From: Phyllobates terribilis
Lineage: Eukaryota
Assembly: GCF_046119375.1 (NCBI RefSeq)
Contig: NW_027362770.1
Location: forward strand, 197,346,001 to 197,410,000
Direction of reading: 5' to 3'
DNA length: 64,000 nt
This document shows, one piece after another, positions 25,967 to 38,091 of the stretch. The first letter of the stretch is position 1. Every line of letters begins with the position of its first letter. Below the pieces are notes generated by a model. It was not told the origin of the DNA and did no database searches. It worked only from the letters and a program-made list of their open reading frames with translations. A program made the translations under genes and the position numbers.

Positions 25967-27675
25967 CACACAGGAGAGATGTCCACCGCTGATAAATTGT
26001 AACAAGCTGCACACTCGAGAGATGTCCACCGCTGATACATTGTAACAAGCTGCGCACAGAAGAGATGTCCACCGCTGATACATTGTAACAAGCCGCACAC
26101 AGGAGAGATGTCCACCGCCGATACATTGTAACAAGCTGCGCACAGAAGAGATGTCCACCGCCGATACATTGTAACAAGCCGCGCACAGGGGAGATGTCCA
26201 CCGCCGATACATTGTAACAAGCCGCGCACAGGGGAGATGTCCACCGCCGATACATTGTAACAAGCTGCGCACAGGAGAGATGTCCACCGCTGATACATTG
26301 TAACAAGCTGCGCACAGGAGATATGTCCACCGCTGATACATTGTAACAAGCTGCTCACAGAAGAGATGTCCACCGCCGATACATTGTAACAAGCCGCACA
26401 CAGGAGAGATGTCCACCGCTGATACATTGTAACAAGCCGCACACAGGAGAGATGTCCACCGCTGATACATTGTAACAAGCCGCACACAGGAGAGATGTCC
26501 ACCTCCGATACATTGTAACAAGCTGCGCACAGGAGAGATGTCCACCGCTGATACATTGTAACAAGCTGCACACAGGAGAGATGTCCACCGCTGATACATT
26601 GTAACAAGCTGCACACAGGAGAGATGTCCACCGCAGATACATTGTAACAAGCCGCACACAGGAGAGATGTCCACCGCCGATACATTGTAACAAGCTGCGC
26701 ACAGGAGAGATGTCCACCGCAGATACATTGTAACAAGCCGCGCACAGGAGAGATGTCCACCGCCGATACATTGTAACAAGCCGCACGCAGGAGAGATGGC
26801 CAACCCTGATACATTGTAACAAGCTGCGCACAGAAGAGATGTCCACCGCCGATACATTGTAACAAGCTGCGCACAGGAGAGATGTCCACCGCCGATACAT
26901 TGTAACGAGCTTCACGCAGGAGAGATGTCCACCGCTGATACATTGTAACAAGCTCCACGCAGGAGAGATGTCCACCGCTGATACATTGTAACAAGCTGCA
27001 CACACGAGATATGTCCACCGCTGATACATTGTAACGAGCTGCACACACGAGATATGTCCACCGCTGATACATTGTAACAAGCTGCGCACAGGAGAGATGT
27101 CCACCGCTGATACTTTGTAACAAACTGCACACAGGAGAGATGTCCACCGCTGATACTTGTAACAAGCTGCACACAGGAGAGATGTCCACCGCTGATACTT
27201 TGTAACAAGCTGCGCACAGGAGAGATGTCCACCGCCGATACATTGTAACGAGCTTCACGCAGGAGAGATGTCCACCGCTGATACATTGTAACAAGCTCCA
27301 CGCAGGAGAGATGTCCACCGCTGATACATTGTAACAAGCTGCACACACGAGATATGTCCACCGCTGATACATTGTAACAAGCTGCGCACAGGAGAGATGT
27401 CCACCGCTGATACTTTGTAACAAGCTGCACACAGGAGAGATGTCCACTGCTGATACTTTGTAACAAGCTCCACGCAGGAGAGATGTCCACCGCTGATACT
27501 TTGTAACAAGCTCCACGCAGGAGAGATGTCCACCGCTGATACTTTGTAACAAGCTCCACGCAGGAGAGATGTCCACTGCTGATACTTTGTAACAAGCTCC
27601 ACGCAGGAGAGATGTCCACTGCTGATACTTTGTAACAAGCTCCACGCAGGAGAGATGTCCACCGCTGATACTTTG
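25967..27675. repeat. 43-bp satellite, block 2
   Basis: Same unit and orientation as block 1; the distal part is enriched in the GATACTTTG / AAGCTCCACGC variants. Confidence 0.97.
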
Positions 27676-28184
27676 TGTGGCATATCGCTCACTCAGCTGC
27701 ACATGGAGGTATATGCAGGAATGCTGTTCCTTTAAATTTCTGAGTGGTTTGTTAATAACATGGCATAAACCACTATCTAGTCCATCAAAACAAACAGGCC
27801 TATCTTGGCATAACGGGTAAACAGAAGAAAATAAGGTAGCACAGTCCATAGGCCTGTGGAGGGGTCCGCCCGGATAGGGTTAGCACAGAAAACACAGTTC
27901 AGGAAAAGAAACACAAGCTCCTCTCTGGAGCGAGCGTCTCCAGACACTGAACCACTAATGCCTATGCAGGCCGTGTATTTAAACCCCAGACCACACACTG
28001 AGGTGGAGATATGGAGAACAGCCTCCCGCCCACTCTATGGTTGTTCTCATAAAAACACTCCCTTTTACAAATGGTGGATTAACCCCTCCCAGCAAATAGC
28101 ATGCTGGAGGAAACTTAACGATTTTAATCCCCTGAAGCCTGAAACATATCTCCCCTCCAGCACTTTACCAGTTATTTTGTCACA
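27676..28184 (-). repeat. 3' LTR of the Gmr1-type element
   Basis: TGTGG...GTCACA on plus; aligns end to end with 38092-38600. Confidence 0.93.
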
Positions 28185-31100
28185 TATCCCCCTCCCCTGC
28201 CCAAAGCCGGGGGTTTTGGCACCGTCACTTACTAAGCAAGGAAATCTGGACAGGGCATCTGCGTTTCCATGTAGTTTCCCGGCCCTGTGCTCTACATGAA
28301 AATTGAATTCCTGGAGTGCTAGAAACCAAGAAACCACCTACTCACTCGGGCATTCTTCCCTTGCCTTTCCCTCATCCATCTCAGGGGCGCATGATCTGAT
28401 TCTAGCCTGAACTTTCAGCCTACCAGATAATATCTTACAATTTCGGATAGCCTGCACCTTATTTACAAACGTTTTTTTTTTCGCCCCTTCCGACGATGTA
28501 GCCCAAGTACTTTGCCTCTTCTTTCCCCATGGTGCACTTTTTTGGGTTTATCGTAAACCCTGCCTTCCTTAGCGCATCCAGTACCGTCTGGACCTTCTGT
28601 AAATGACTTCCCCAATCTGGGCTGAAGATCACGATGTCATCAAGGTAAGCTGCGGCGTACTTCTTGTGAGAGACTAGGATGCGGTCCATGGCCCTCTGGA
28701 AGGTAGCTGGGGCTCCCTGTAGACTGAATGGCATCCTGGTGTACTGAAAGCATCCGTCAGGTGTAGAGAAGGCCGTCTTCTCCTTGGCACTTGGGGACAG
28801 GAGAATCTGCCAGTACCCTTTCGTTGGGTTCAGGGTAGTGATATATTTGGCTGACCCTAGCCCCTCAATGACCTCATCGACGATGGGCATCAGATACGCG
28901 TCAAACTTTGACACCTTATTCGGCTTCCTGTAGTCATTACAGAACCGCCATTTTTCATCCGGCTTCGGGACCAGGACAATGGGGTTGGACCAGCCGCTAT
29001 TTGACTCCTCAATGATGCCCAAGCTCAACATTCTCCTCGCCTCTTTGGAGATCACCTTGCGGCAGGCTTCACCCTCATATGCGGCTCCGTCAAGACTTCA
29101 TGCTCGACCACCTGCGTACAACCTGGCAGCTCTGAAAACAGGTCCCAGTTCTGCTGAAGCAGCTCTCGGCACTGTTGCTTCTGGGTCGGTGACAGTGTCT
29201 CTGCCACCGGGATGGGCCCCAGGCACGTAGCTTCCACCGGTTCTGTCTCGCCAAGGTCTGAGCAGGTTACTGTGGTACATCAGATACGGCTTTCTTCTCC
29301 CTGGTTGGTGGACCTTGTAGTTGACGTCACTCAGTTTCTTAACCACCTCGTATGGCCCTTGCCACTTGGCAAGGAATTTGCTCTCCGCCGTGGTGATCAA
29401 CACCAACACCCGTTCTCCAGGGCTAAATTGTCTGTCTCGCCGACTGATTGTAGACCCTTGCCTGGGCCTCTTGGGCTTGAAGGAAAGTCCCTTACAATCG
29501 GCATCACCCTCACGATCCGGTCTTGCATTTGGGTCACATGCTCGATGATGCTCCGGTGGGCTGGGGTGTTACCTCGGGTTCCCAGATCTCCTTCGCAATG
29601 CCCAACAGTTCCTAAGGGTGCCATTCGTAAAGCAACTCGAAGGGTGAGAACCCCGTAGGAGCCTGGGGAACTTCCCTAATGGAGAATAGTAGGTAGGGGG
29701 GTAGGCAATCCCAGTCTCGGCCATCCTTCTCCATGACCTTTTTAGGCATGGACTTGTTGATCCTCTCCACCAGGCTGTCCGTCTGCGGATGGGACACTGA
29801 CATCCTGAGTTGTGTAATCTGGAGAGCCTTACAGAACTCCCTCATCACTTTAGACGTAAAAGGAGTTCCTTGGTCTGTCAGGATCTCCTTTGGCAGGCCC
29901 AACCAGGAGAAGATATGTACCACCTCTCGGGCTATGCTCCTGGCAGAGGAGTTTCTCAATGGTACCGCAATCTGGGTACTGTGTTGCATAGTCCAGCACA
30001 ACCAGTATGTATTGGTGACCCCTGGTGGACTTAACTAAGGGTCCTACAAGGTCCATGGCAATTCGGTCAAACGGGACCTCTATAATGGGTAACGGAACTA
30101 GGGAACTCCGGAAGTGGGACACGGGAGCAGTTAGCTGACAAGTATGGCAAGACCGGCAGAAATTAACAATGTCTCGGTGACACCCAGGCCAGTAGAACCT
30201 CTGCAGGACCCACTCTTGGGTTTTGTCTACACCCAGATGCCCACCTAAGACATGCGAATGGGCTAAATCTAATACCCTACATCTATAGGGACCCGGCCCC
30301 AACAACTGCTCTATCACTTCCCCTCTTGGTTTAGTGACTCGATAAAGCAGCTCCTCATTTAAGGTGAAATATGGGAACCTGGTGTCAGCCCCCGACTCTT
30401 CAGGAACCCCATTTATTACAGTCACATTGTCAAATGCACCTTTCAATGTAAGATTCTGCAGTTGCGCAGTACCAAAATTCCCCCCAGAAACCCCCAGTTC
30501 AGAAATATCATCTTCATGGGTCCCTGTCTCATCATCGTCGCCAGCAAGGACACACAGGGGGAACTCATCCGCCTCTGACTGTAATGGGTATTCTTCATGG
30601 ACAAACCAGCTCCGGTCTGAGCTAGTGGGCACCCCCCGCCTTTCCCCACAAGTCCCAAAACAGCCTGAAGTCCCACCGGATTATAACAAGTCTCTGACCA
30701 CCCCGACCTCATGGGACTCTATACCACGGTTTGTTTTTATAGTCAGTTGGGCGACAGGGTACTCTTTGATGCCCCCGTGGATACAGCGGACGCCCTCGTG
30801 TTTCCCAGGGATCAAGTGGTGGGGGAGTGTGGCCCTTACCAGAGTCACCAAATTCCCCGAGTCCAAAAGTCCCGACACCAGTACCTCATTTATGGTCACG
30901 GGACAGGAATGTGGCCCCTCACCAGGCTGATAGTCCACACTGCAGGCGGGGTATGCATAACACGAACAGCACTTTCCAAAGCTACAGTCCATCTGCTCGG
31001 AGGACAAAGGACAACGGAAAACTATGTGCCTTGGACCGTTACATCTCCAGCAGATCATGTCTTTCCCAGCGGCCTTTGGCAACCCCTGAGCAACTGCTTG

Positions 31101-31407
31101 GGTCCTTGGACTCCCCCCAGTTGTGGCTCTACTCCCCCTCTTTTGGGACCCCTCGACCACCTGGTATCTTTTTACGAGGCCGACGAGGTCACCGCATTCC
31201 AGGGGTCTCCCTGGGCATCCCTAGTCTGCACCGGCCTAGGAAGGGAGTGCACAAATCTGTCCATAACAACCTGCTCGACCATCTGGGCTGGAGTGGAGGA
31301 CTCCGTCTGCAGTCACTTTTGTACAAGATGCAGAAGGTCAAACATTTGGGAGCTAGGGGGTTTATCACCATAATACGCCCAATGGTAGACCTTTGGGCTC
31401 TGACTGA
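28065..31407 (-). pseudogene. Gmr1-type gag 3' half, protease, integrase, RT and RNase H remnant; many frameshifts and stops
   Basis: CWRCNGPRHIVFRCP knuckle, LLDSGNLVTLV, CRSCHTCQ, PFDRIAMDLVG, ILTDQGTPF, KWQGPYEV, WRFCNDYR, YLDDIVIFS, WFLALQEFNFHVEHRAGKLHGNADALSR. Confidence 0.9.
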
Positions 31408-31412
31408 CATAG

Positions 31413-32387
31413 TGTAGCATCGGCGTCCCTGCCTCCTGCTAGGCAGGGACGCTGTTCCCCTCACCTCTCCGCTCTGTGCCCGGCGTCTTCCTCCCGCTCT
31501 GCTGGCAGCGCGCGCTGCTTCCCGGCCACGGTGCTTAGGGCGCGCGCGCGCTCCCCCTCTCTTAAAGGGGCCGCGCGCGCCGTCCTAAGGAGTCCCCGGC
31601 CAATGGCCGGAGGACTTCGCCATATATAAGGCACCTCCTCCAAAATGGAGGTGCCCGAGCAATGTTGTTGCAAAGCCTTCACTCTGCTTCAGCCCTCAGG
31701 TCCCGTTTCCAGTTACCTGCCAGTCACCTGCCAGATTCCTGCCTGTTACCTGCCAGTCACCTGCCAGATTCCTGCCTGTTACCTGCCAGTCACCTGCTTG
31801 ATACCTGCCAGATATCCGTTTACCTGCTTGCAAGCCTGCGGTCCGACGGTCTGCCTTCCGACACCTGTCAGTCTGTCTATGGACCAACCTGCCCGCTCAC
31901 CTGGGAGCGCTCGTCTGCTACCTGCCTGCTAGTCTACCTGGAGGCTCCGCCGTCACTTGCCGTGACCACCTGCCTGTCCAGAGACTCTTGTCTGCTCACC
32001 TGGGAGCGCTCATCTGCTACCTGCCTGCTAGCCTACCTGGAGGCTCCGCCGTCACTTGCAGTGACCACCTGCCTGTCCAGAGACTCTCGCCTGCTCACCT
32101 AGGAGCGCTCACCTGCTACCTGCCTGCTAGCCTACCTGGAGGCTCTGCCGTCACTAGCCGTGACCACCTGCCTGTCCAGAGACTGTCCCTGTCACTTGCC
32201 GTGACTACCTGCCCTTCTACCCAGAGACTGTCCCTGTCACTTGCCGTGACTACCTGCCCTTCTACCAAGAGACTGTCCCTGTCACTTGCCGTGATTACCT
32301 GCCCGTCTTCCCTGGGAGCCACCCGCTTCCTTACAAGAACCGCCCCCTTGTATAGTTGCTCAGAGGTTCCGCCTCCCAGACTCGTTA
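31413..32387 (+). repeat. Chromovirus 5' LTR
   Basis: Starts TGTAGC; CCAAT hairpin, TATATAA at 31623, internal tandem repeats; ends CGTTA, lacking the terminal CA present in the 3' LTR. Confidence 0.92.
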
Positions 32388-32400
32388 GTTTGCTCGGGCC

Positions 32401-33351
32401 ATGGAATCCGGTGGCACCCAAGCTCCCTCGCTCTCGGACCTATGTCATGAACTGTCCCGTCAGAGGTCCCAACAGGAGTCCATCCTGAGTCACCTGCGGA
32501 GTGTCAACTCTCTCCTGGACACTCTGTCTGCTCCACCTGCAACCACCGCTAGTGTCATGACTCGCAACCCAGCAGCGCCGCTGCCCACCAATACCATGGT
32601 ATCCTGTCCCGGACCCCGGTTTTCTGCACCTCCTCGTTTCGGAGGTGACTCCGCTCAAGCTCGGGGCTTCATAAACCAGTGCACCCTGCACTTTGAACTC
32701 TTGTCCCACCAGTTTATCTCCGACCGGTCCAAAGTAGCCTTTATCATGTCCCACCTCACGGGGGAGGCTCTGGCTTGGCTAAATCCTCTGTGGGAGAGAG
32801 GAGATCCCCTGGTGTCCGACCTGCCAGCCTTTCTCACGGCTTTCCGGAAAGTCTTCGACGAACCCGGACGGAAGACCTCATCCGCATCGTCTCTGCTACG
32901 CCTCCGTCAAGGAGATCTCACCGTGGGCCAATATGCCATACGGTTCCGTACCCTTGCTTCGGAGCTGGCCTGGGATAACGACGCTCTGGTGTCTGTCTTC
33001 TGGGAGGGTCTGTCCGGCCGTATTAAAGATGAACTCGCCGGTCGGGACATTCCTACCACTCTCGACGACTTAATAACACTTGCCACCCGGATTGACATCC
33101 GATTCCAGGAGCGCGCCAAAGAGGTCACCCGTGAGAGGAGGTTTCCACGTCTAGCCCCCACCTTCCAGAAATCCGTCACTCCCTCCGTTACTCCCCAGGC
33201 ACACTCACCTGAGCCTATGCAGGTCGACCAGACCAAGATGGTCAAAACCCGTCAAGACTTACGCCGTGCCGAGGGGAGCTGCTTCTACTGTGGCAGTAAG
33301 GAACACCGGATCCGTTCCTGCCCAGAGAGGTCGGGAAACGCCTGTGTCTAG
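32401..33351 (+). CDS. Chromovirus Gag (316 aa, PEG10/RTL1-like capsid plus CCHC knuckle)
   Basis: Intact ORF; [48 protein letters not shown]. Confidence 0.95.
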   Translation: MESGGTQAPSLSDLCHELSRQRSQQESILSHLRSVNSLLDTLSAPPATTASVMTRNPAAPLPTNTMVSCPGPRFSAPPRFGGDSAQARGFINQCTLHFELLSHQFISDRSKVAFIMSHLTGEALAWLNPLWERGDPLVSDLPAFLTAFRKVFDEPGRKTSSASSLLRLRQGDLTVGQYAIRFRTLASELAWDNDALVSVFWEGLSGRIKDELAGRDIPTTLDDLITLATRIDIRFQERAKEVTRERRFPRLAPTFQKSVTPSVTPQAHSPEPMQVDQTKMVKTRQDLRRAEGSCFYCGSKEHRIRSCPERSGNACV

Positions 33352-34772
33352 GATCGCTCAGAGAGGTCGCCCTAGACAAAAGTAAACCCTCTCCATCTCT
33401 GATGCTGTCAGTCTCTATCACCTGCGGAGAGAACCGCTATTTCGAACTGGCTCAACTTGACTCAGGAGCTGCTGGAAATCTCATTTCTCAGTCTCTGGTA
33501 GAGAAATACCGCATTCCCACCAAACCTCTGGCCGTACCTTTATCTGTCGCCGCCGTGGATGGGGGCCTCTTACCACATCCCATCCAACTCATCACCGAAT
33601 CTCTAACTCTGCAGGTGGGAATGCTGCATTCTGAGAGCATCTCCTTTCATGTTCTGCCTGGACTCTCTCACGCACTCTTGTTAGGCCTACCTTGGCTCCA
33701 GAAACATGCACCCGTGCTTGACTGGCAGACCGGAGAAGTCCTTCGCTGGGGACAGGACTGCCATAGGACTTGTCTAGTTCCCGTTCATCCTGCTCGTCCT
33801 TCTCCTACCCCAGTCAGTCTACCCGGTCTACCGGTTCCCTATTGGTCTTATGCGGATGTCTTCAATAAAAAAGAAGCAGAGACATTACCCCCTCATAGAC
33901 CATACGATTGTCCAATCGACCTGATACCCGGCTCTACTCCTCCCCGTGGGCGTATCTACCCTTTGTCCGCAGCGGAGACCCGGTCCATGTCAGAATATAT
34001 TGAGGAGAATCTGGCCCGGGGATTTATCCGGAAATCTACCTCCCCGGCGGGAGCAGGCTTCTTCTTCGTCAAAAAGAAGGACGGCTCACTCCGTCCATGT
34101 ATAGATTATAGAGGCCTTAACCAGATTACAGTGAAGAATAAATACCCCCTCCCGCTCATTCCTGAATTATTTGACCGCCTGAGGGGGGCTAGAATCTTCA
34201 CCAAACTGGATCTCCGTGGGGCGTATAACCTGGTCCGTATCCGTCAGGGGGATGAGTGGAAGACGGCATTCAACACCCGGGACGGCCACTATGAGTACCT
34301 TGTAATGCCCTTCGGTCTCTGTAACGCTCCTGCCGTCTTTCAAGAGTTGGTCAATGACATCTTCCGTGACCTTCTCTACTCCTGCGTGGTGGTGTACCTG
34401 GACGACATCTTGGTCTTCTCTCCGGACCTTCCTACTCACCGGAGGGATGTTCATCAGGTTCTGCTCAGGCTCAGGCAGAACCACCTCTACGCTAAATATG
34501 AGAAGTGCATCTTTGAGCAGACCTCTCTTCCATTTCTGGGCTACATAATCTCTCAGACCGGCCTACAAATGGATCCAGAGAAACTGTCTGCCATCCAGAA
34601 GTGGCCCCGACCAGAGGGGTTGAAGGCTATTCAGCGGTTCCTGGGCTTCGCCAACTATTACCGCCTCTTCATACCGCACTTCTCTTCCCGGACTGCCCCT
34701 ATCTCTGCGCTCACCCGTAAGGGTACTAATCCCAGAAGATGGGCGCCCGAAGCTGAGGAGGCCTTTCCTTAA
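33333..34772 (+). pseudogene. Chromovirus Pol part 1 (protease, RT), entered by -1 frameshift, ended by a frameshift lesion
   Basis: The -1 frame is open from GGGAAAC (33333); [30 protein letters not shown]. Ends EAFP* where EAFxxLKQAF is expected. Confidence 0.92.
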
Positions 34773-36751
34773 AACAGGCCTTCTCCTCCGCCCCGGTGCT
34801 GCATCGTCCGGACGGCAACAAACAATTCTTCCTAGAAGTTGACGCTTCCTCCTCCGGAGCCGGGACGGTACTTACCCAAAAGTCATCTTCCGGAAGAATG
34901 GTAACCTGCGTTTTTTTCTCCAAACTCTTCTCCTCTTCTGAGCGCAACTATTCTATTGGAGACCGTGAATTGTTAGCCATTAAGCTGGCACTGGAGGAGT
35001 GGCGTTACCTGCTCGAGGGGGCTCTTCACCCGGTAATAATTTACACGGACCACAAGAACTTGGCTTACCTTCAGAGCGCCCAGAGACTTAACCCGCGCCA
35101 AGCCCGGTGGTCCTTGTTTTTTGCCCGCTTTGATTTTGTTCTTCATTTTCGCCCGGCAGACAAAAACATCAAAGCTGACGCCTTGTCCCGATCCTTCCTG
35201 GTGTCTGATCTAGAGGAGGAACCTAAGCACATCATTGATCCCGCCAGATTAATGCAAGTGGCTCCTGTGAATCTAAATCGTCTCCCTCCCGGTAAGACGT
35301 TTGTAACTGTACCTGATCGGGAGAAGATCCTACACTGGGGTCATTCGTCTAAGCTAGCTGGCCACGCCGGTCAGAAAAAGACCCTCCAGCTCATTACCCG
35401 GCATTACTGGTGGCCTACCCTGCACAAGGATGTAATAGACTTTGTTTCTGCCTGTGTGTCCTGCGCCCGCAACAAAGTTCCGAGACACCTGCCAGCCAGT
35501 CGCTTTCTTCCTCTTCCAGTACCTGCTGCCCCGTGGCAGCATATAGCTATGGACTTTATAACGGATCTTCCTGTCTCTGCCGGTTGTACGGTCATTTGGG
35601 TGGTCGCTGATCGCTTCTCCAAGATGGCGCACTTCATTCCCCTGCCGGGTCTCCCGTCTGCACCCGAACTGGCTAAAGACTTTATCCGCCACATCTTCCG
35701 TCTCCATGGCCTGCCCCTCCACATCGTGTCAGATCGTGGGGTTCAGTTCACCTCACGCTTCTGGAGAGCCACATGTAAGTTGCTTGATGTCACTCTGGAC
35801 TTCTCCTCCGCTTACCATCCACAGTCCAATGGTCAAGTGGAGCGGATCAATCAGAACCTGACCAGTTACCTCCGGCACTTCGTTAATGCCCACCATTCGG
35901 ACTGGGTGGATCTCCTACCATGGGCCGAGTTCTCTTACAATAATCACGAGAGCGAATCTTCCTCCAAATCCCCGTTTTTTGTAGTCTTCGGTCAGCATCC
36001 TCGGATCCCGTTTCCCGTCTCCACCTCGGTGGACAATCCGGCTGCGGAATCTCTCGTTCGCGAATTCTCCATTTGGGAGAGTACCCGATCCGCACTCCTT
36101 CAGTCGTCCGAACGGATGAAAAAACACGCTGACAAGAAACGCCTGGATCCTCCACAATTCCGTCCTGGAGATAAAGTCTGGCTCTCGTCCAAATATGTCC
36201 GGCTCAAGATTCCCTCCTACAAGTTAGGGCCCCGGTTCATCGGCCCACTGGAGGTTATCAAACAGATCAACCCGGTGGCCTATAAATTAAAACTCCCGGC
36301 CAACTTACGGATCCCTAACTCCTTCCATGTATCTCTCCTCAAACCCGTGGTACTTAACTCTTTTTCCAAGTCTACAGGTACGCCTCCTGCTCCGGTTTCC
36401 GCTGAGAACGAGTTTGAGGTAGAGAACATTCTGGCCACCAAAAGGGTAAGAGGAAAAACCTTTTTTCTGGTAGATTGGAAGGGGTTTGGTCCTGAGGAGA
36501 GAACGTGGGAGCCCCGGGAGAACATCCATTCCCCGCTCATCCTTGATAAATTTCTCTCTGGCCTAAAAAAGGGGGGGCCTAAAGGGGGGGGTACTGTAGC
36601 GTCGGCGTCCCTGCCTCCTGCTATACAGAGACGCTGTTCCCCTCACCTCTCCGCTCTGTGCCCGGCGGCTTCCTCCCGCTCTGCTGGCAGCGCGCGCTGC
36701 TTCCCGGCCACGGTGCTTAGGGCTCGCGCGCGCGCGCTCCCCCTCTCTTAA
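34766..36751 (+). pseudogene. Chromovirus Pol part 2 (RNase H, integrase, GPY/F, chromodomain)
   Basis: LEVDASS, ELLAIK, TDHKNL, H..H/C..C zinc finger, MDFITDLP, SDRG, GQVER, LGPRFIGP, FEVENIL...WKGFGPEERTWEP. The frame runs on into the 3' LTR. Confidence 0.92.
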
Positions 36752-37568
36752 AGGGGCCGCGCGCGCCGTCCTAAGGAGTCCCCGGCCAATGGCCGGAGGA
36801 CTTCAACATATATAAGGCACCTCCTCCAAAATGGAGGTGCCCGAGCAATGTTGTTGCAAAGTCTTCACTCTGCTTCAGCCCTCAGGTCCCGTTACCAGTT
36901 ACCTGCCAGTCACCTGCCAGATTCCTGCCTGTTACCTGCCAGATTCCTGCCTGCTACCTGCCAGATTCCTGCTTGATACCTGCCAGATATCCGTTTACCT
37001 GCTTGCAAGCCTGCGGTCCGACGGTCTGCGTTCCGACACCTGTCAGTCTGTCTATGGACCAACCTGCCCGCTCACCTGGGAGCGCTCGTCTGCTACCTGC
37101 CTGCTAGTCTACCTGGAGGCTCCGCCGTCACTTGCTGTGACCACCTGCCTGTCCAGAGACTCTTGTCTGCTCACCTGGGAGCGCTCGTCTGCTACCTGCC
37201 TGCTAGCCTACCTGGAGGCTCCGCCGTCACTTGCCGTGACCACCTGCCTGTCCAGAGACTCTTGTCTGCTCACCTGGGAGCGCTCATCTGCTACCTGCCT
37301 GCTAGCCTACCTGGAGGCTCCGCCGTCACTTGCCGTGAGTACCCGTCCTTCTACCCAGAGACTGTCCCTGTCACTTGCCGTGACTACCTGCCCTTCTACC
37401 CAGAGACTGTCCCTGTCACTTGCCGTGACTACCTGCCCTTCTACCCAGAGACTGTCCCTGTCACTTGCCGTGATTACCTGCCCGTCTTCCCTGGGAGCCA
37501 CCCGCTTCCTTACAAGGACCGCCCCCTTGTATAGTTGCTCAGAGGTTCCGCCTCCCAGACCCGTTACA
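36595..37568 (+). repeat. Chromovirus 3' LTR
   Basis: TGTAGC...CGTTACA; differs from the 5' LTR by scattered substitutions and internal repeat copy number. Confidence 0.93.
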
Positions 37569-37573
37569 CATAG

Positions 37574-38028
37574 TCACTCCGGCACGTGCCAGTATCTGTT
37601 TTTAGTTTAACATATTCATGGGCATCTTGCAAGGCCTGGTCATAATAAGCCTTCTGGTGCTCACCAGTCAGATAGGGGGCCAGCATCTCCAACCACTGCT
37701 CCGGCGGTAGCTTTTCCCACTCTGCCACCCTCTCAAACATAGTCAAAAATGCCTCCACATGATTGCCCGGGGTCATTTTTTGCATGGCTCGTCTTACCGG
37801 ACGTACGAGTCATCACCTGAAGTTGGAGGGGGGGGGGGCTATCGGCCTCCCACGAACCGACTCTGCGAGCAATTCCATCTGCTGCTGTTGTCGGAGCTGG
37901 TCCTGTTGGTGGATCTGTTGCAATAGCAGCTTGCTTGTCTCCTGCTGGGCTAGCACCAGGTGCTTGATCAGGTCCTCCATACCATCTGTCTTAGTTTTCT
38001 GGCTTATGGCTGTCTTTACCCAGGACAT
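37574..38028 (-). pseudogene. Gmr1-type gag 5' half (SCAN-like capsid), frameshifted
   Basis: MEDLIKHLVLAQQ...QQQMELLA and KMTPGNHVEAFLTMFERVAEWEKLPPEQW...LAPYLTGEHQKAY. Confidence 0.85.
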
Positions 38029-38091
38029 GCGGTTTGTCCTCCGCTGCTACACGTGGCTTCTGGGGATCTTTCCAGCGCTTCTACCGCCACC

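Larger units (their letters stand above)
31413..37568 (+). mobile_element. Near-intact chromovirus (Tf1/sushi-group Ty3/gypsy) inserted in the Gmr1 gag
   Basis: ~975-bp LTRs at 31413-32387 and 36595-37568; perfect TSD CATAG (31408-31412, 37569-37573); PPT at 36565-36594. The host gag frame (LARAGVTMSVRAQR) rejoins across the TSD. Confidence 0.96.

Noticed and set aside
25906-27849. 647-aa Cys-rich ORF and overlapping ORFs (also 22364-22940 and 38540-39779)
   Set aside because: The 43-bp unit has no stop triplet on the minus strand, so all three frames stay open and the peptide just cycles frames.
38065-38091. Specific tRNA assignment for the Gmr1 PBS (TGGCGGTAGAAGCG)
   Set aside because: Too degenerate to assign from memory; needs a tRNA 3'-end search.
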